DNA of 64,000 nt from an uncultured Acidimicrobiales bacterium (GCA_943788915.1 CALSSD010000007.1:62001-126000), one strand, 5' to 3'. Positions 30,603 to 42,052 are shown, counted from the stretch's first letter. The notes: generated by a model from the sequence alone, not told the origin. Program-made: numbers and translations.

Positions 30603-31769
30603 ATGAGAACACAGGTCGCGATCATCGGCGCTGGTCCGGCCGGAACGCTGTTGTCTCTTCTGCTTCGTCAACAGGGCATCGAGTCCGTCGTGCTTGAACG
30701 CCAGACGAAAGAGTATGTGCTGAGCCGGATTCGGGCGGGCGTGCTCGAGTGGACAAGTGTCGAGATCATGCGAGCGGCTGGACTTAGCGAACGCCTCGAT
30801 GTCGAAGGTCACCGCCACGAAAGCATCAAGATTTCGTGGCGTGCCGAAGAACTTCTTTCGATCGACTTCGAACGACTCGCTGGCAAGCCGATGATGGCCT
30901 ACGGCCAGACCAAAATCCAGGAAGACCTCTACGCCGCTGCCGACGCTCACGGCCAGGACATCATCTTCGGGGCTTCCGATGTCGAAATCCACAACCCCAA
31001 CAGCGACGCGCCGTGGGTGAGTTTCACCGCCAATGGCGAGCAGGTCCGTCTGGACTGCGACTTCGTGGCTGGTTGCGATGGGGCGCACGGCGTGAGCCGA
31101 GGTTCCATTCCTGACTCGATCAAACGCGAGTACGAACGGTCGTATCCATTTGGTTGGCTCGGCATCTTGTCCGAGACACCACCGCTCCCCCATCTCCTCT
31201 ATGCGAACCACGAACGGGGCTTCGCACTGTGTTCCGAGCGCAACCCGATGTTGAGCCGCTACTACGTGCAGTGCCCGCTCGACGATCGCGTCGAAGACTG
31301 GTCCGACGACCGTTTTTGGAGCGAACTACTCGCCCGAGTCCCCAAATCCGAAGCCGACAACATCGTTACCGGGCCATCGATCGAGAAGTCGATTGCACCG
31401 CTGCGCAGTTATGTATGCGAACCCATGCAATATGGCCGCATGTTCCTGGCTGGCGACGCAGCCCATATCGTGCCCCCCACCGGAGCCAAAGGCCTCAACC
31501 TGTCGATCAGCGACGTGCACTATCTCGCTACGGCAATGGCCGCCCACTACCGCGGCGACCCCGGGCAGCTTGCGTCGTACTCCGAAACGGCCCTGCGTCG
31601 AGTGTGGGGTTCGGTCCGTTTCTCGTGGTGGATGACCGTGCTGTTACACCGCTTCCCCGACCAGTCACCGTTCGAGCAACGAGCGAACGAAGAAGACTTG
31701 CATTATCTGAGCCGGTCAGAAGCTGCCCAAACGTCGGTGGCCGAACAATACGTGGGACTCGACCTATGA
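30603..31769 (+). CDS. pobA: 4-hydroxybenzoate 3-monooxygenase
   Basis: MRTQVAIIGAGPAG, YVL.RIRAGVLE, YGQT, YPFGWLG, EKSIAPLRS, GDAAHIVPPTGAKGLNL, RFSWWMT, AE.YVGL. Confidence 0.96.
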   Translation: MRTQVAIIGAGPAGTLLSLLLRQQGIESVVLERQTKEYVLSRIRAGVLEWTSVEIMRAAGLSERLDVEGHRHESIKISWRAEELLSIDFERLAGKPMMAYGQTKIQEDLYAAADAHGQDIIFGASDVEIHNPNSDAPWVSFTANGEQVRLDCDFVAGCDGAHGVSRGSIPDSIKREYERSYPFGWLGILSETPPLPHLLYANHERGFALCSERNPMLSRYYVQCPLDDRVEDWSDDRFWSELLARVPKSEADNIVTGPSIEKSIAPLRSYVCEPMQYGRMFLAGDAAHIVPPTGAKGLNLSISDVHYLATAMAAHYRGDPGQLASYSETALRRVWGSVRFSWWMTVLLHRFPDQSPFEQRANEEDLHYLSRSEAAQTSVAEQYVGLDL

Positions 31770-31799
31770 ACCGTCCATCGAAAACTCGCGGAGACACAC

Positions 31800-32198
31800 A
31801 TGGCACTCGATAAGCCGTATCTCGACATTCCGGGCACGACCGTGTTCGACACTGATCAGGCAGCTGCTGGCTACGCACTCAATCAGTTCTGCCGGTCGCT
31901 GATGGATGCCGACAATCGCGAGCGATTCCATGCCGACGAACGCGCCTATTTGGACGAATGGCCGATGAGCGAAGACCAGAAGCTGGGCGTGATAGCTCGC
32001 GACTTGAACGGCCTGATCGCTCTGGGTGGAAACATCTATTTTCTGGCCAAGATCGGAGCGTCCGACGGCCAGAGTTACCTACAAATCGTGAGCTCGATGA
32101 CCGAGAACGACGCAGCAGGGCACGCAGAGATGATGCTGAATGGCGGGCGTTCGCCCGACGGCAACCGTTATCTCCACGAGTGGAAAGACCGAACATGA
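31800..32198 (+). CDS. ligA: Protocatechuate 4,5-dioxygenase alpha subunit
   Basis: DKPYLDIPGTTVFD, GY.LNQFC.SL, GGNIYFLAK, GGRS..GNR. Confidence 0.95.
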   Translation: MALDKPYLDIPGTTVFDTDQAAAGYALNQFCRSLMDADNRERFHADERAYLDEWPMSEDQKLGVIARDLNGLIALGGNIYFLAKIGASDGQSYLQIVSSMTENDAAGHAEMMLNGGRSPDGNRYLHEWKDRT

Positions 32199-33057
32199 GC
32201 GCACGCATCACCGCCGCTGTCTTCACAAGCCATGTGCCAGCGATCGGGGTAGCCATGGATCTCGGTAAGACCGAAGAACCGTATTGGCAGCCACTCTTCG
32301 CTGGCTATGAAGCAGGCCGAGCATGGATTCAGGACAACCCACCCGACGCCGTGATCCTCGTGTACAACGACCACGGAAACGCGTTCGGACTCGACATGGT
32401 CCCCACCTTCGCGCTTGGCATGTCCCCCAGTTATGAACCCGCCGACGAGGGTTGGGGTCCTCGGCCTGTGCCATCGGTGCAAGGTCATCCGGCGCTGTCA
32501 GCCCACATCGCCCACTCAGTCATCCAGCAGGATTTCGACCTGACGCTGGTCAACGAGATGCCGGTCGATCACGGTCTCACCGTCCCACTATCGATCATGT
32601 TCGGCCAACCCGAGGCATGGCCCTGCCCGGTTGTTCCGCTCGCGTGAACGTGGTGCAGTATCCCGCTCCTTCTGGCCGGCGCTGCTTGGAGCTCGGTAAG
32701 GCACTTCGCCGCGCCGTCGAGAGCTTCGACGACGACCTGAACGTGCAGATCTGGGGCACCGGCGGCATGAGCCACCAGCTACAAGGCCCGCGTGCCGGAC
32801 TCATCAACGCAGCGTTCGATACTGCGTTCCTGGATCGCATCGTGACCGACCCCGAGGGCCAGGCTGGCATCGACCATGTCGAGTACGTCCGCGAAGCCGG
32901 TAGCGAGGGCATCGAGCTCGTCATGTGGCTGGTGGCCCGGGGCGCTATGGCTGACCTAGCTGGCGGACCTGCTCCACAGGAAGTGCACCGGCTCTATCAC
33001 GTGCCGGCCAGTAACACTGCCGTTGGCCAGCTCATCCTGCAAGACGTCGCGACCTAA
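32195..33057 (+). CDS. ligB: Protocatechuate 4,5-dioxygenase beta subunit (1-nt frameshift near 32644)
   Basis: TSHVPAIG, VYNDH, ADEGWGPRPVP, VDHGLTVPLS | VNVVQYP, GTGGMSHQLQG.RAGLIN, EAGSEG.E, YHVPASNTA. One extra G (gcg gtg) joins the halves. Confidence 0.93.
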
Positions 33058-33079
33058 CACGCCCCCGGGCCCCTGCTTC

Positions 33080-33583
33080 TTAACCCTGCCAACGGTTGTG
33101 GATGATGAGGTCGTCGAGAGCGACGCGTGTGCGCTTGAGCGGGCTGTCGGGATGGTCCTCGACGGGGTAACCGAGTGTGATGACCATGCCCATGTCCCAG
33201 TCATCGGGCAGGCCGATCGCAGCCCGGGTCTTGTCAGCGTGTTGGAGCGTGACTGGGCACGAGCCAACGCCTTCGGCATGGGCAGCGATCATCATGTTCT
33301 GGGCTTGGCGGCCAACGTCGAAGGCGCGAAGCTCAGCGGTTGGCGAAGCGAAACCAATAATGGCCGCCGATGAACCGATCCATGACGAGAAGTCGCCGGC
33401 TTCGACCAGCGCATCTTGCACTGCCTGATCGGTAACCACGACCAGCCGGTTCACTTCGAGGTTCTTGGCGCTTCCGGCCATCCTGCCCGCCTGCAAGATG
33501 CGATGCATCACATCGTCTGGGATCGGCTGGTCGGTGTAGACCCGGAGGTCGCGCTTGGAGATGATGGATTCGTAGGGTGTCAC
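33080..33583 (-). CDS. Nitroreductase family protein
   Basis: I.SKRDLRVY, AGSAKN, FDVGR.AQNMMIAA...GVGSC, LGYP. Confidence 0.88.
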   Translation of the reverse strand: MTPYESIISKRDLRVYTDQPIPDDVMHRILQAGRMAGSAKNLEVNRLVVVTDQAVQDALVEAGDFSSWIGSSAAIIGFASPTAELRAFDVGRQAQNMMIAAHAEGVGSCPVTLQHADKTRAAIGLPDDWDMGMVITLGYPVEDHPDSPLKRTRVALDDLIIHNRWQG

Positions 33584-33753
33584 CCACGCAGTCTGGCACT
33601 ATCAGCGCCGCTGGAAAGACCACTCGTTAGCGGCGTTCGGCACAACGAGCAACCGAGCTGCAACACGCGGATGCGCGTACACCAGCCATGTTCACCGAAG
33701 TTTGTAATGATCACAGGTGTGAACCGTCCTGGCTCCGTGAGAAAGTGGTAACG

Positions 33754-36267
33754 ATGAATGAACGCGCACGAGAGCTGATTCAAGAGGCGCTGCCCGCCTA
33801 CGAGGTTGCAGGTGAGCTCGGGCGAGGTGCGTTCGGCGTCGTCTACGAAGCGCGCCACACCCAACTCGGCCGTTCCGTCGCTATCAAACAGCTGCCGCAA
33901 TCGTTCGCCGAGAACGACGATGTACGGGAACGTTTTGTTGCCGAGGCCCAGATGGTGGCCTCACTCGAGCACCCCCACGTCGTGCCGGTCTACGACTTCG
34001 TTGAATCGGCAGGTTCACGATTCCTCATCATGGAGAGGTGTGCTGGCTCGGTCGGTGACCGGTTCAAAAACGAAGGGCTCGTGACCGACGAGGCCTGCGC
34101 CGCAGTCCTGGCCTGTCTGGCTGCGCTCGACTTTGCCCACGAAAAAGGTCTGCTGCACCGAGACGTCAAGCCCGAAAACCTGATGTACGACATGAAGGGG
34201 GTCATCAAACTGGGCGACTTCGGCATCGCCCGCGACCTTGGTGTCGAAACCCGGCGCACCGCGACCGGCATGATCGTCGGAACACCGGCCTATATGAGTC
34301 CCGAACAGTGCCGGGGCGACGATCTGACGCCGGCGTCAGACGTGTACAGCGTGGCCATGATGGGCTACGAGCTACTCACCGGCGCTCTGCCGTTCCCAAG
34401 CACCACTTCGGTCAACGGACTCCTCGCCCACCACCTGGTCACCGTGCCCACGCCACTGCTTCAGACCCGACCTGAGCTTCCAGGAGCGGTCGGCGAGGTC
34501 ATCGACAAGGCGTTGGCCAAGGATCTCAACGTCCGTTACAGCACGGCCGTTGAGTTTGCGACCGCCCTGGCCAGGGCCTGTGTCACCGCCTTTGGCTCGG
34601 GATGGCTTCGGCGTCGCCGCTTCATCCTTCACTGGCCTGAGATCATCGCCGAAACCGAACGACCAGACTCGAACTCACCCCGCACCGGAACAATCATGGT
34701 GCGGGCCGGCGACCTTCCGCACGCAGTGGTAGTGCCCAAAGACCAGGTCGAACCGCTACCAGTCGCGGTGATCGGTAATGCCGACGCTCCAACATTGCCT
34801 CCCGAAGACGCACAGGTCTCCGCGCCAACGGCCGATGCTGCTGCCGCCTACCCACCGGCGCTCCCGACGCCAGCCCCCCAGCATGGAACCCCCATCTCGT
34901 CACCCCCGCCTGACCCAACGGTCGAGGAGATATCCGGCCCCAACTGGGCACTGTTCGGCAGCATCGCTGCGGTACTTGCCGCCATCATTATCGGCATCGT
35001 CGTATTTGCCGGCGGAGGCTCAAACGAGACCGGCCTGACAGTGACCCAAAACCCGGTAGCAACCGTTCCCCCGGTCGCCGACGTTCCCAACGATGCACCA
35101 ACGGCCAAGCCGGTTACCAACGAGCCAACCGCAGAACCGCAGCAGGACGAAGCCACCGCAGTGCCGGCCGCCACCACTGCGCCTGTAGCCCAGCCCACGT
35201 CAATCGGAGAACCCACCGTTGGTCCAGACGCTGAGCAACCCTTCGTAATGGGTTCGAACGGCAACCCAATCATGAACAGGCTGCCGCTTGACTTCGATGA
35301 TTCGCTGGTCGACTAGCCCGTGGGCACCAAACCCGTGCCCTATCGAGCAGGAACTGGTGGCCTGCATCTTCGCGGTTGTCGATGCCACCGCCCCTGAGGA
35401 CGACAATCTGTCCGTGCCATGGTTCACGTTGGGGTACACACCCCAGATCGAACCCATCGACTACCACTTGCACTTCTATATTCCGGAACTCGTTGGCGGC
35501 GACGAGACCAAGGCCGGCACGGCCACCCCTGGCGGCGCCTGGCGCATATGGGATGGCCCATGGCCGGCAACATCGTTTGGCGGCGACGGCGGTCGCACGT
35601 TGTACACCATGGCCGACTTCCGAGCCGCAGGTTCCACCACGTTGTGTGTGATCGTGGCGAACCCCGGAACACGAAGCCATTCCCGGCTCCGGCAACTGCG
35701 CACCGGTCGTGTCAGATGCCGACAGTGACAACGACGACTACTTCGTGATGCTTGATCGGACTCGAGGGCCAATGGGTCGGCAGTTGTCAGCACTCGAAGC
35801 CATGGCCATCGCACCACGCGGACTGGCGCTGGTACGACCTCAATGACATGTCTCCTCGCGAGCTCGCGGCCGAGATCCGCCCAACCGCTATCGCACAAAC
35901 CGCGGCGTTGCTCGAAGAGTTCGAAGCCCAAGGCGGGGTTATCTGGGCCGAGGGCCCGGTCGAGGACGACTTCATCGTCAACTTCTCGATGACACTCGTT
36001 CCTGGCAACTTCACACTCAACGACGACCCTCAACGGGTCGCCGAAGTACTCGGCCAGCTCGGCATTCCGACCGGCAACGGCGGTCAACGCCAGATCGGCG
36101 ACGGGCCCGTCTATTTCGAAGTCAACGATGTCGGCAGCGGCCGATCAGGAGCGACGTATCTCATTCCCGACAGTGGCTACGCAATCAGCTTCACCCTCAC
36201 GGCTCCTGACGGACTTGGTTACGGTGAACTCGGCGACCAAATCGCCTACACGATCCAGGGCTGCTGA
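33754..36267 (+). CDS. Membrane Hanks-type Ser/Thr protein kinase with extracytoplasmic C-terminus (several frameshifts after about 35300)
   Basis: GRGAFG, VAIK, HRDVKPEN, DFG, YMSPE; Pro-rich linker; TM helix. Downstream ORFs 35288-35728 and 35752-36267 join by single-base shifts. The kinase part (to 35316) is certain; the full extent is inferred. Confidence 0.75.
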
Positions 36268-36321
36268 TCGCGCCCGCGTTCTGCACGGATGTAACCCTCA
36301 AACCTTGTAGGGACGAAATGG

Positions 36322-36708
36322 TTATTCGCCATCGATGTATAACCATCGGCCGTCGACCTGAGCGAAGGAACTGCGTTCATGCAGCTCCAGCGGTTCGCCA
36401 CTGCGGGTGAAACGAGCCCGGAACTCCACAACACCAGAGGTGTCGAGTGCACCACCGGCGACGGTGTCGATAATCTCCAGCCCGATCCACTCGATGTTCG
36501 GATCAAACTCAAGGGCAACCGGGCGAGTGTCCGGATGCCAGCTCTCGAGCAGAAACGGCCGAAGGTGTAACACATACGCCGAGTAACGAGCGCGCATCAG
36601 CTGCTCGGCGCTGACACCTAACCCGGCGCCAGCAACATGGATCTTCTGGCAGTGTTCTGCGTACGGCAAACCACATTCACACGGGCACGTTGTCTCGGAG
36701 TCCATCAT
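36322..36708 (-). CDS. YchJ family (SEC-C) protein
   Basis: CPC..G..Y, AEQLMRARYSAY, SWHPDTRP, GVVEF.A, LHERSSF, W.YIDG. Confidence 0.9.
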   Translation of the reverse strand: MMDSETTCPCECGLPYAEHCQKIHVAGAGLGVSAEQLMRARYSAYVLHLRPFLLESWHPDTRPVALEFDPNIEWIGLEIIDTVAGGALDTSGVVEFRARFTRSGEPLELHERSSFAQVDGRWLYIDGE

Positions 36709-36822
36709 GGTTCCATTCCACATCTGCGGTATCGGCCAGTAGATCAACCCTGAGTGAACCAGCGCTCCCGGGAGTTGCCTACCAGCCTCCTGCAACAACC
36801 AACGACAGCATCACGCGCTCTC

Positions 36823-37479
36823 TCACCCGGCGAGGGGTGACGACAGCCGAGCGGTGACGGCATCGCGGATCTGGGCATCGAAGGATGCGACATGGTCGTC
36901 GACGAGTGATGCCGCGATGTCGCTATCGCCGGAGCGAAGTGCGTTCAGGATCGCGACATGCTCCTCGACTGCGTGCCCAGGATCGGCGACGTCGGCGAGG
37001 TACAGGTGCCACAGCCGATCGCTCTGGGCGTACAACATGTCGAGCGTGTCGATCAGGAAGCGATTCCCTGCGGCCTTCCACATGATTTCGTGACAGGTCC
37101 GGTCGATCGCGAGAAGTTCGGCTCCATCAGAAGCATCGACGGTGCGATCAAGTGCTTCTTCCATGGCATCCCACGACTCGTCGGTACCTCGCAGGGCAGC
37201 AAGCCGGGCGGCATAGGGCTCAAGCACGCTGCGGGTCTCGAACAGCATCGACAACTCACTGACGTCGATGCCGGTCACGAAGATCCCTTGCCGCGGAACG
37301 ACCTTGACAAAGTGCTCTCGCTCAAGTCGCTGCAGCGCTTCGCGAATGGGCGTTCGACCAATCCCCAGCTGCTCACGAAGATCGTCCTCGCGCAACACGT
37401 CGCCAGGCGCGAACTGGAGGCGCACAATCATCGACCGAAGCTGGTTATACGCCGCTTCGCTCAGTGATGTCGTCGTCAT
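36823..37479 (-). CDS. GntR (FCD) family transcriptional regulator
   Basis: PGD.L.E..L...LGIGRTPIREALQRL...PRQG HTH plus FCD domain. Confidence 0.93.
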   Translation of the reverse strand: MTTTSLSEAAYNQLRSMIVRLQFAPGDVLREDDLREQLGIGRTPIREALQRLEREHFVKVVPRQGIFVTGIDVSELSMLFETRSVLEPYAARLAALRGTDESWDAMEEALDRTVDASDGAELLAIDRTCHEIMWKAAGNRFLIDTLDMLYAQSDRLWHLYLADVADPGHAVEEHVAILNALRSGDSDIAASLVDDHVASFDAQIRDAVTARLSSPLAG

Positions 37480-37610
37480 GTCATGTCCATGTCTTGGTAG
37501 CGCCACGTTCGTTCGCGAGATGAAGGCGATGCCAGGTACACACGTTCACCACCCCAGCAACTTTGGGGGTTGTTCGGGTAACGCAAGCGTCGTAAGATCC
37601 CTATTGATAC

Positions 37611-37630
37611 ATGAGTGATATATCACTCAT
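37611..37630. promoter_or_regulatory. Perfect 20-bp palindrome, probable GntR operator
   Basis: ATGAGTGATATATCACTCAT between GntR and the divergent GcvT-family/etf operon. Confidence 0.75.
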
Positions 37631-37719
37631 CGATCAGAAACTCAACGTGGGGATCACTTCTCATACGAGCTGGTCGGTGGATCGCCTGCTTTCATCCCTT
37701 CTTTCTTCCGGAGATTCAC

Positions 37720-40243
37720 ATGAGTGACTTCCCCACCTCGGCCAAAGTCGTCGTCATCGGCGCTGGCATTGTCGGCAACTGTCTGGTCGGGCACCTCGCC
37801 CGCCTCGGCTGGACCGACATGGTCCTGCTCGACAAGGGTCCGCTTCCGAACCCTGGCGGTTCGACCGGCCACGCGTCGAACTTCATCTTCCCAGTTGACC
37901 ACAACAAGGAAATGGCGCTACTCGGTGTGCAAAGCGCCAATCAGTACCGCGATATGCACCTGAGCGTCGACTCAGGTGGCATCGAAGTCGCCCGCACCCA
38001 AGAACGCATGAACGAACTCGACCGCCGTATGACCTCGGCTAAGGCCTGGGGCGTCGAAGCAGAACTGCTCACCCCAGCACAGGTCAAGGAACTCGTGCCG
38101 TTCATCAACGACGACGTCATCCTGGGCGGCTTCCATTGCCCTACCGTGTCGGTAGTTGACTCACTCGAAACCGGCACCGTCATGCGCAAGGAGGCCATCG
38201 AAAAGTCTGGCCTGCAGGTGTTCGCTAACACCGAAGTCCTCGAAATGTTGACCGAAGAAGATCCAGTTCCTGGCATGACCCGCATCACCGGCGTGGTCAC
38301 CGACAAGGGCACGATCGAAGCCGAATACGTGGTCATCGCCTGCGGTGTCTGGTCAAACCGCATCGCCAACATGGCCGGCACCTATATCCCACTGGTGCCG
38401 GCAGTGCACCAGATGGCCGACGTCGGCCCCATGGATGTCCTGGTCGAAACCAACAACGAGATCGGTTACCCGATCGTTCGTGACATGGACACCTTCTGTT
38501 ACGAACGCCAATCATCTGGCTCGATGGAGGTCGGCTCCTATGCCCACCGCCCGATTCTGCACCACCCCGACGAGATCCCTTCGAACGACGAAGCAGCGCT
38601 CTCGCCGACCGAGATGCCTTTCACCATCGACGACTTCGACCAGCAGATGGAAGAAGCCATCGAGCTCATGGACATGCTCGGCGATGCCGAGATCAAGTAC
38701 GCCATCAATGGCCTGCTGTCACTGACCCCCGACGCTATGCCATGTCTGGGCGAACTACCAGACGTCCGCAATCTGTGGTCCGCCGCTGCTGTCTGGGTCA
38801 AGGAAGGCCCCGGCATGGCGCAGGTCGTAGCCGAGTGGATGACCTACGGCTACCCCCGAGTCATCGATCCTCACGCCAGCGATATCGCCCGTTTCTACAC
38901 CGATGAAAAGAGCGACGAACACATCTGGGCCCGGGCCGAAGAACACTTCAACAAGACCTACGGCATCGTGCACCCGTCCGAGCAATGGGAATCACGTCGT
39001 GGACTTAAAGAGTCAAGCCTCAAGGCAATCACCGACGCCGCTGGCGCCGAGTACTTCACCGCCCGGGTGTGGGAACGCCCACATTGGTACAGCAGCAATG
39101 CTGATCTGCTCGAGAAGTACGGCCTGAGCGAGCGCGAAGTCGAGTGGGACAACCGCTGGTGGTCCCCCATCATCGATGCCGAACACATGAACCTGCGTGA
39201 GAACGCTGGCATGATCGACCTGACTGCCTTCCAGATCTTGGATCTCACGGGTCCTGGTGCTGTTGCATTCGCCGAGTACCTGTCGGTGAACAAGGTCGAC
39301 AAGCCTGTCGGAACCAGCACCTACACGCCGTGGCTCAACCACGACGGCGGCTTCCATAGCGACCTGACCATGTTGCGCCTTGGCGACGAACACATCCGGG
39401 TTGTTACCGGTGCGTTCGACGGTGGCCGCGACGAAGCATGGGTCAAGAAGTACATGCCGACTGATGGCTCGGTGACCTACACCAACCGCACCGAGGACTA
39501 CGTCACGATCGGCCTGTGGGGCCCCAACGCTCCTGCCATTCTTGGCCAGCTCACCGACGCCGATCTGAGCCAAGAAGGCTCCCCTTACGGCTCAGTGCGT
39601 TCGATCGTTGTTGATGGGGTCGACGTCGACATCTTCCGTATCAGTTATGTCGGCGACACCGGCTGGGAGATCTACATCCCGTGGGCTCAGGGTCCGCAGG
39701 TGTGGGAGGCAATCGCAGCCGCTGGCGCTGATCACGGTCTCCGTCCAACCGGTGCTGGCGTATACGCAGTCGGTGGTCGAGTCGAGAAGGGTTACCGCCT
39801 GATGGGCGCCGAACTCGAGAGCGAGTACAACCCGGTCGAAGCCGGTCTGGCTCGACCCAAGGTCAAGGCCGCCGACTTCATCGGCAAAGAGGCCTACCTG
39901 GCCGCCCGCGAGCAAGGGCCCCGACGCGATCTGTTGCACCTTCGCCGTCGAAGACAACACCGACAGCCAAGGTCGTAAACGTTTCATCCAGGGCGGCAAC
40001 GCCCCCATCGTGACCAACGATGGCGAACGAATCGTCGACAGCCACGGTCGGGTCAGCGTCGTAACGACCGCTGGCAACGGCCCGAGCTACGGCAAGTACC
40101 TGTGCCTGGGTTACCTGCCCACCGACCTGGCCGAGATCGGCAACACGTTCAAGGTCATGTACATGAACGAACTGTTCCCCGTGACCGTCGTAGCCACCAC
40201 CGGTTCCGCCTTCGACCCCGACGACACCCGCCTCAAGAGCTAA
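37720..40243 (+). CDS. GcvT-family FAD-dependent N-methylamine (dimethylglycine/sarcosine-type) dehydrogenase, 1-nt frameshift near 39920
   Basis: VVIGAGIVG, PGGSTGHAS (candidate FAD-attachment His), WERP.W, FRISYVGDTGWE, RVEKGYR. The C-terminus (..VTTAGNGPSYGK...FDPDDTRLKS*) is in the next frame. Confidence 0.9.
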
Positions 40244-40276
40244 ATAACGAACCGGTGCCTGGCACCGGTTCGTTAT
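40244..40276. repeat. REP-like palindrome copy 4 (33 bp, perfect apart from the central base), inside an operon
   Basis: ataacgaaccggtgcc-t-ggcaccggttcgttat directly after the TAA of the dehydrogenase. Confidence 0.92.
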
Positions 40277-40289
40277 CAAAGGAACAGCA

Positions 40290-41075
40290 ATGAACATTCT
40301 GGTTTGTGTGAAGCGGGTGCCGGCACCCGGAGCAAAGATCAATGTGACCGACGATGGGCAGGCGGTCGATGCTGCCCATCTCGGTTTCACGACCAGTCCG
40401 CACGAAGAGTGTGCGCTCGAAGAAGCGGTGCAGATCACCGAGCGCGACGGTGGCGAAGTCACCGTGCTCACACTCGGCCCGGTCGAAGCTGAAGAGCAGT
40501 TGCGTTACGCCGCCAGCGTGGGTGCCCACAAGATCATCCTCGTACCGACCGATGGTTCGCCATGGGATCCGCAGCGAACAGCCGCGGCGCTCACCCAGGC
40601 GATCCAGACCGCCGAGGAAACCAACGGTGCGCCGTTTGAGCTGATTCTGTTCGGCAACGAAAGCGCCGACTCTGGTGGTTTCCAGGTTGGTGTTCGTGTT
40701 GCTCACAAACTGGACCGGCCGATCGTAAATGCCATCAAGGGCATCGTGCCCGGCGACGCCTCTGCCGATCAACCCCACGTGACCGCCAATCGAGAAATCG
40801 ATGGCGGCTTCGAGGTCTACAACGTGCCCACCCCTGCCGTGTTCGGCGTGAAGGAAGGCATCAACCTTCCTCGTTACCCCACCATGCGTGGACGCTTAGC
40901 TTCCAAGAAAGCTGAACTCGTCACTGCCGAGAGCGACGCCGCTGCTGGCGGCCAACAATTGGTCACGTTGCACCGGCCGGCCGAACAGGCCAGCAACACG
41001 GAAATCCTTGGCACCGACGAATCAGCCGCCGTCGCCATCGTCGACATGCTCGAAGAAATCGGAGTATTGACATGA
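40290..41075 (+). CDS. etfB: Electron transfer flavoprotein beta subunit
   Basis: MNILVCVKRVP, ALEEAV, FGNESAD, N.PRYP. Confidence 0.93.
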   Translation: MNILVCVKRVPAPGAKINVTDDGQAVDAAHLGFTTSPHEECALEEAVQITERDGGEVTVLTLGPVEAEEQLRYAASVGAHKIILVPTDGSPWDPQRTAAALTQAIQTAEETNGAPFELILFGNESADSGGFQVGVRVAHKLDRPIVNAIKGIVPGDASADQPHVTANREIDGGFEVYNVPTPAVFGVKEGINLPRYPTMRGRLASKKAELVTAESDAAAGGQQLVTLHRPAEQASNTEILGTDESAAVAIVDMLEEIGVLT

Positions 41076-42052
41076 GTCTTCTTGTTGTTCTCGAACATGA
41101 TCGTGGCGCGTGGTCCGAAGCGAACGACGAGGCCATGACCGCTGGTCGCACGCTTGCCGCTGACATGGGTACCGACCTGCACGCGGTGCTGATCGGCGAC
41201 GGGGCACTCGACCTGTCTGGTCAAGCAGCTGCGGCCGGTGCGGCTGTCGTGCATGTGGCAATCCACCCGATGCTCACCGACTTTGGTCCTGAGGCCGTCG
41301 GCGAAACAGTGGTGCAGCTCATCGCCGCAGCCACGCCCGACGCCGTGATGGCCGTTGGCACTAGCCGGGGCAACGAGATTCTCGCCCAGGTTGCCGCCCG
41401 TATGGATCTCCCGTTTGTCGCGAACTGCATGACCGTCTCCCCCGCCGATGACACCTGGTCGATGACCCGCATCCAGTGGGGCGGCTCGCTCCTCGAGGAC
41501 ACAACGCTCGAGACCGATGGCCCGAAGATCGTGAGCTACGGCCACCACGCCGTCGTTGCCGAAGCACCACCAGCGCCTGGCGCTGGAGCGGTGCAAGAGT
41601 TCACGCCCGAACTCGATGGCACCCTGGCCCGCACGATCGTCGTTGACCGCGACGTACAGCAAGCAGGTGTCACCTTGTCGACAGCTCCCGTAGTGGTGTC
41701 TGGCGGCCGAGGTGTTGGTTCCGCCGAAGGCTTCGATCAGCTCGAAGAACTCGCTGAGCTACTTGGTGGCCGTGTCGGCTGCTCCCGGGCAGTCACCAAC
41801 CTGGGTTGGCGCAATCACACCGACCAGGTCGGCCAAACCGGCACCCGCATCGCCCCCGAGATCTACATTGCTACTGGGATCAGCGGTGCTATCCAGCACT
41901 GGGTTGGGGCCATGGCGAGCAAACGAATCCTTGCGATCAATACCGATCCCGAAGCGAATATGGTCGTCAAGGCTGACTACGCGGTTATCGCCGACCTTCA
42001 CAAGGTCGTGCCGGCAATCACCGCCGAAATCAAACGCCGCAAAGGCCTGTAG
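41072..42052 (+). CDS. etfA: Electron transfer flavoprotein alpha subunit
   Basis: VVSGGRG, GCSRAV, QVGQTG, GISGAIQH..GAM, AINTD.EA. Confidence 0.95.
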   Translation: MSLLVVLEHDRGAWSEANDEAMTAGRTLAADMGTDLHAVLIGDGALDLSGQAAAAGAAVVHVAIHPMLTDFGPEAVGETVVQLIAAATPDAVMAVGTSRGNEILAQVAARMDLPFVANCMTVSPADDTWSMTRIQWGGSLLEDTTLETDGPKIVSYGHHAVVAEAPPAPGAGAVQEFTPELDGTLARTIVVDRDVQQAGVTLSTAPVVVSGGRGVGSAEGFDQLEELAELLGGRVGCSRAVTNLGWRNHTDQVGQTGTRIAPEIYIATGISGAIQHWVGAMASKRILAINTDPEANMVVKADYAVIADLHKVVPAITAEIKRRKGL

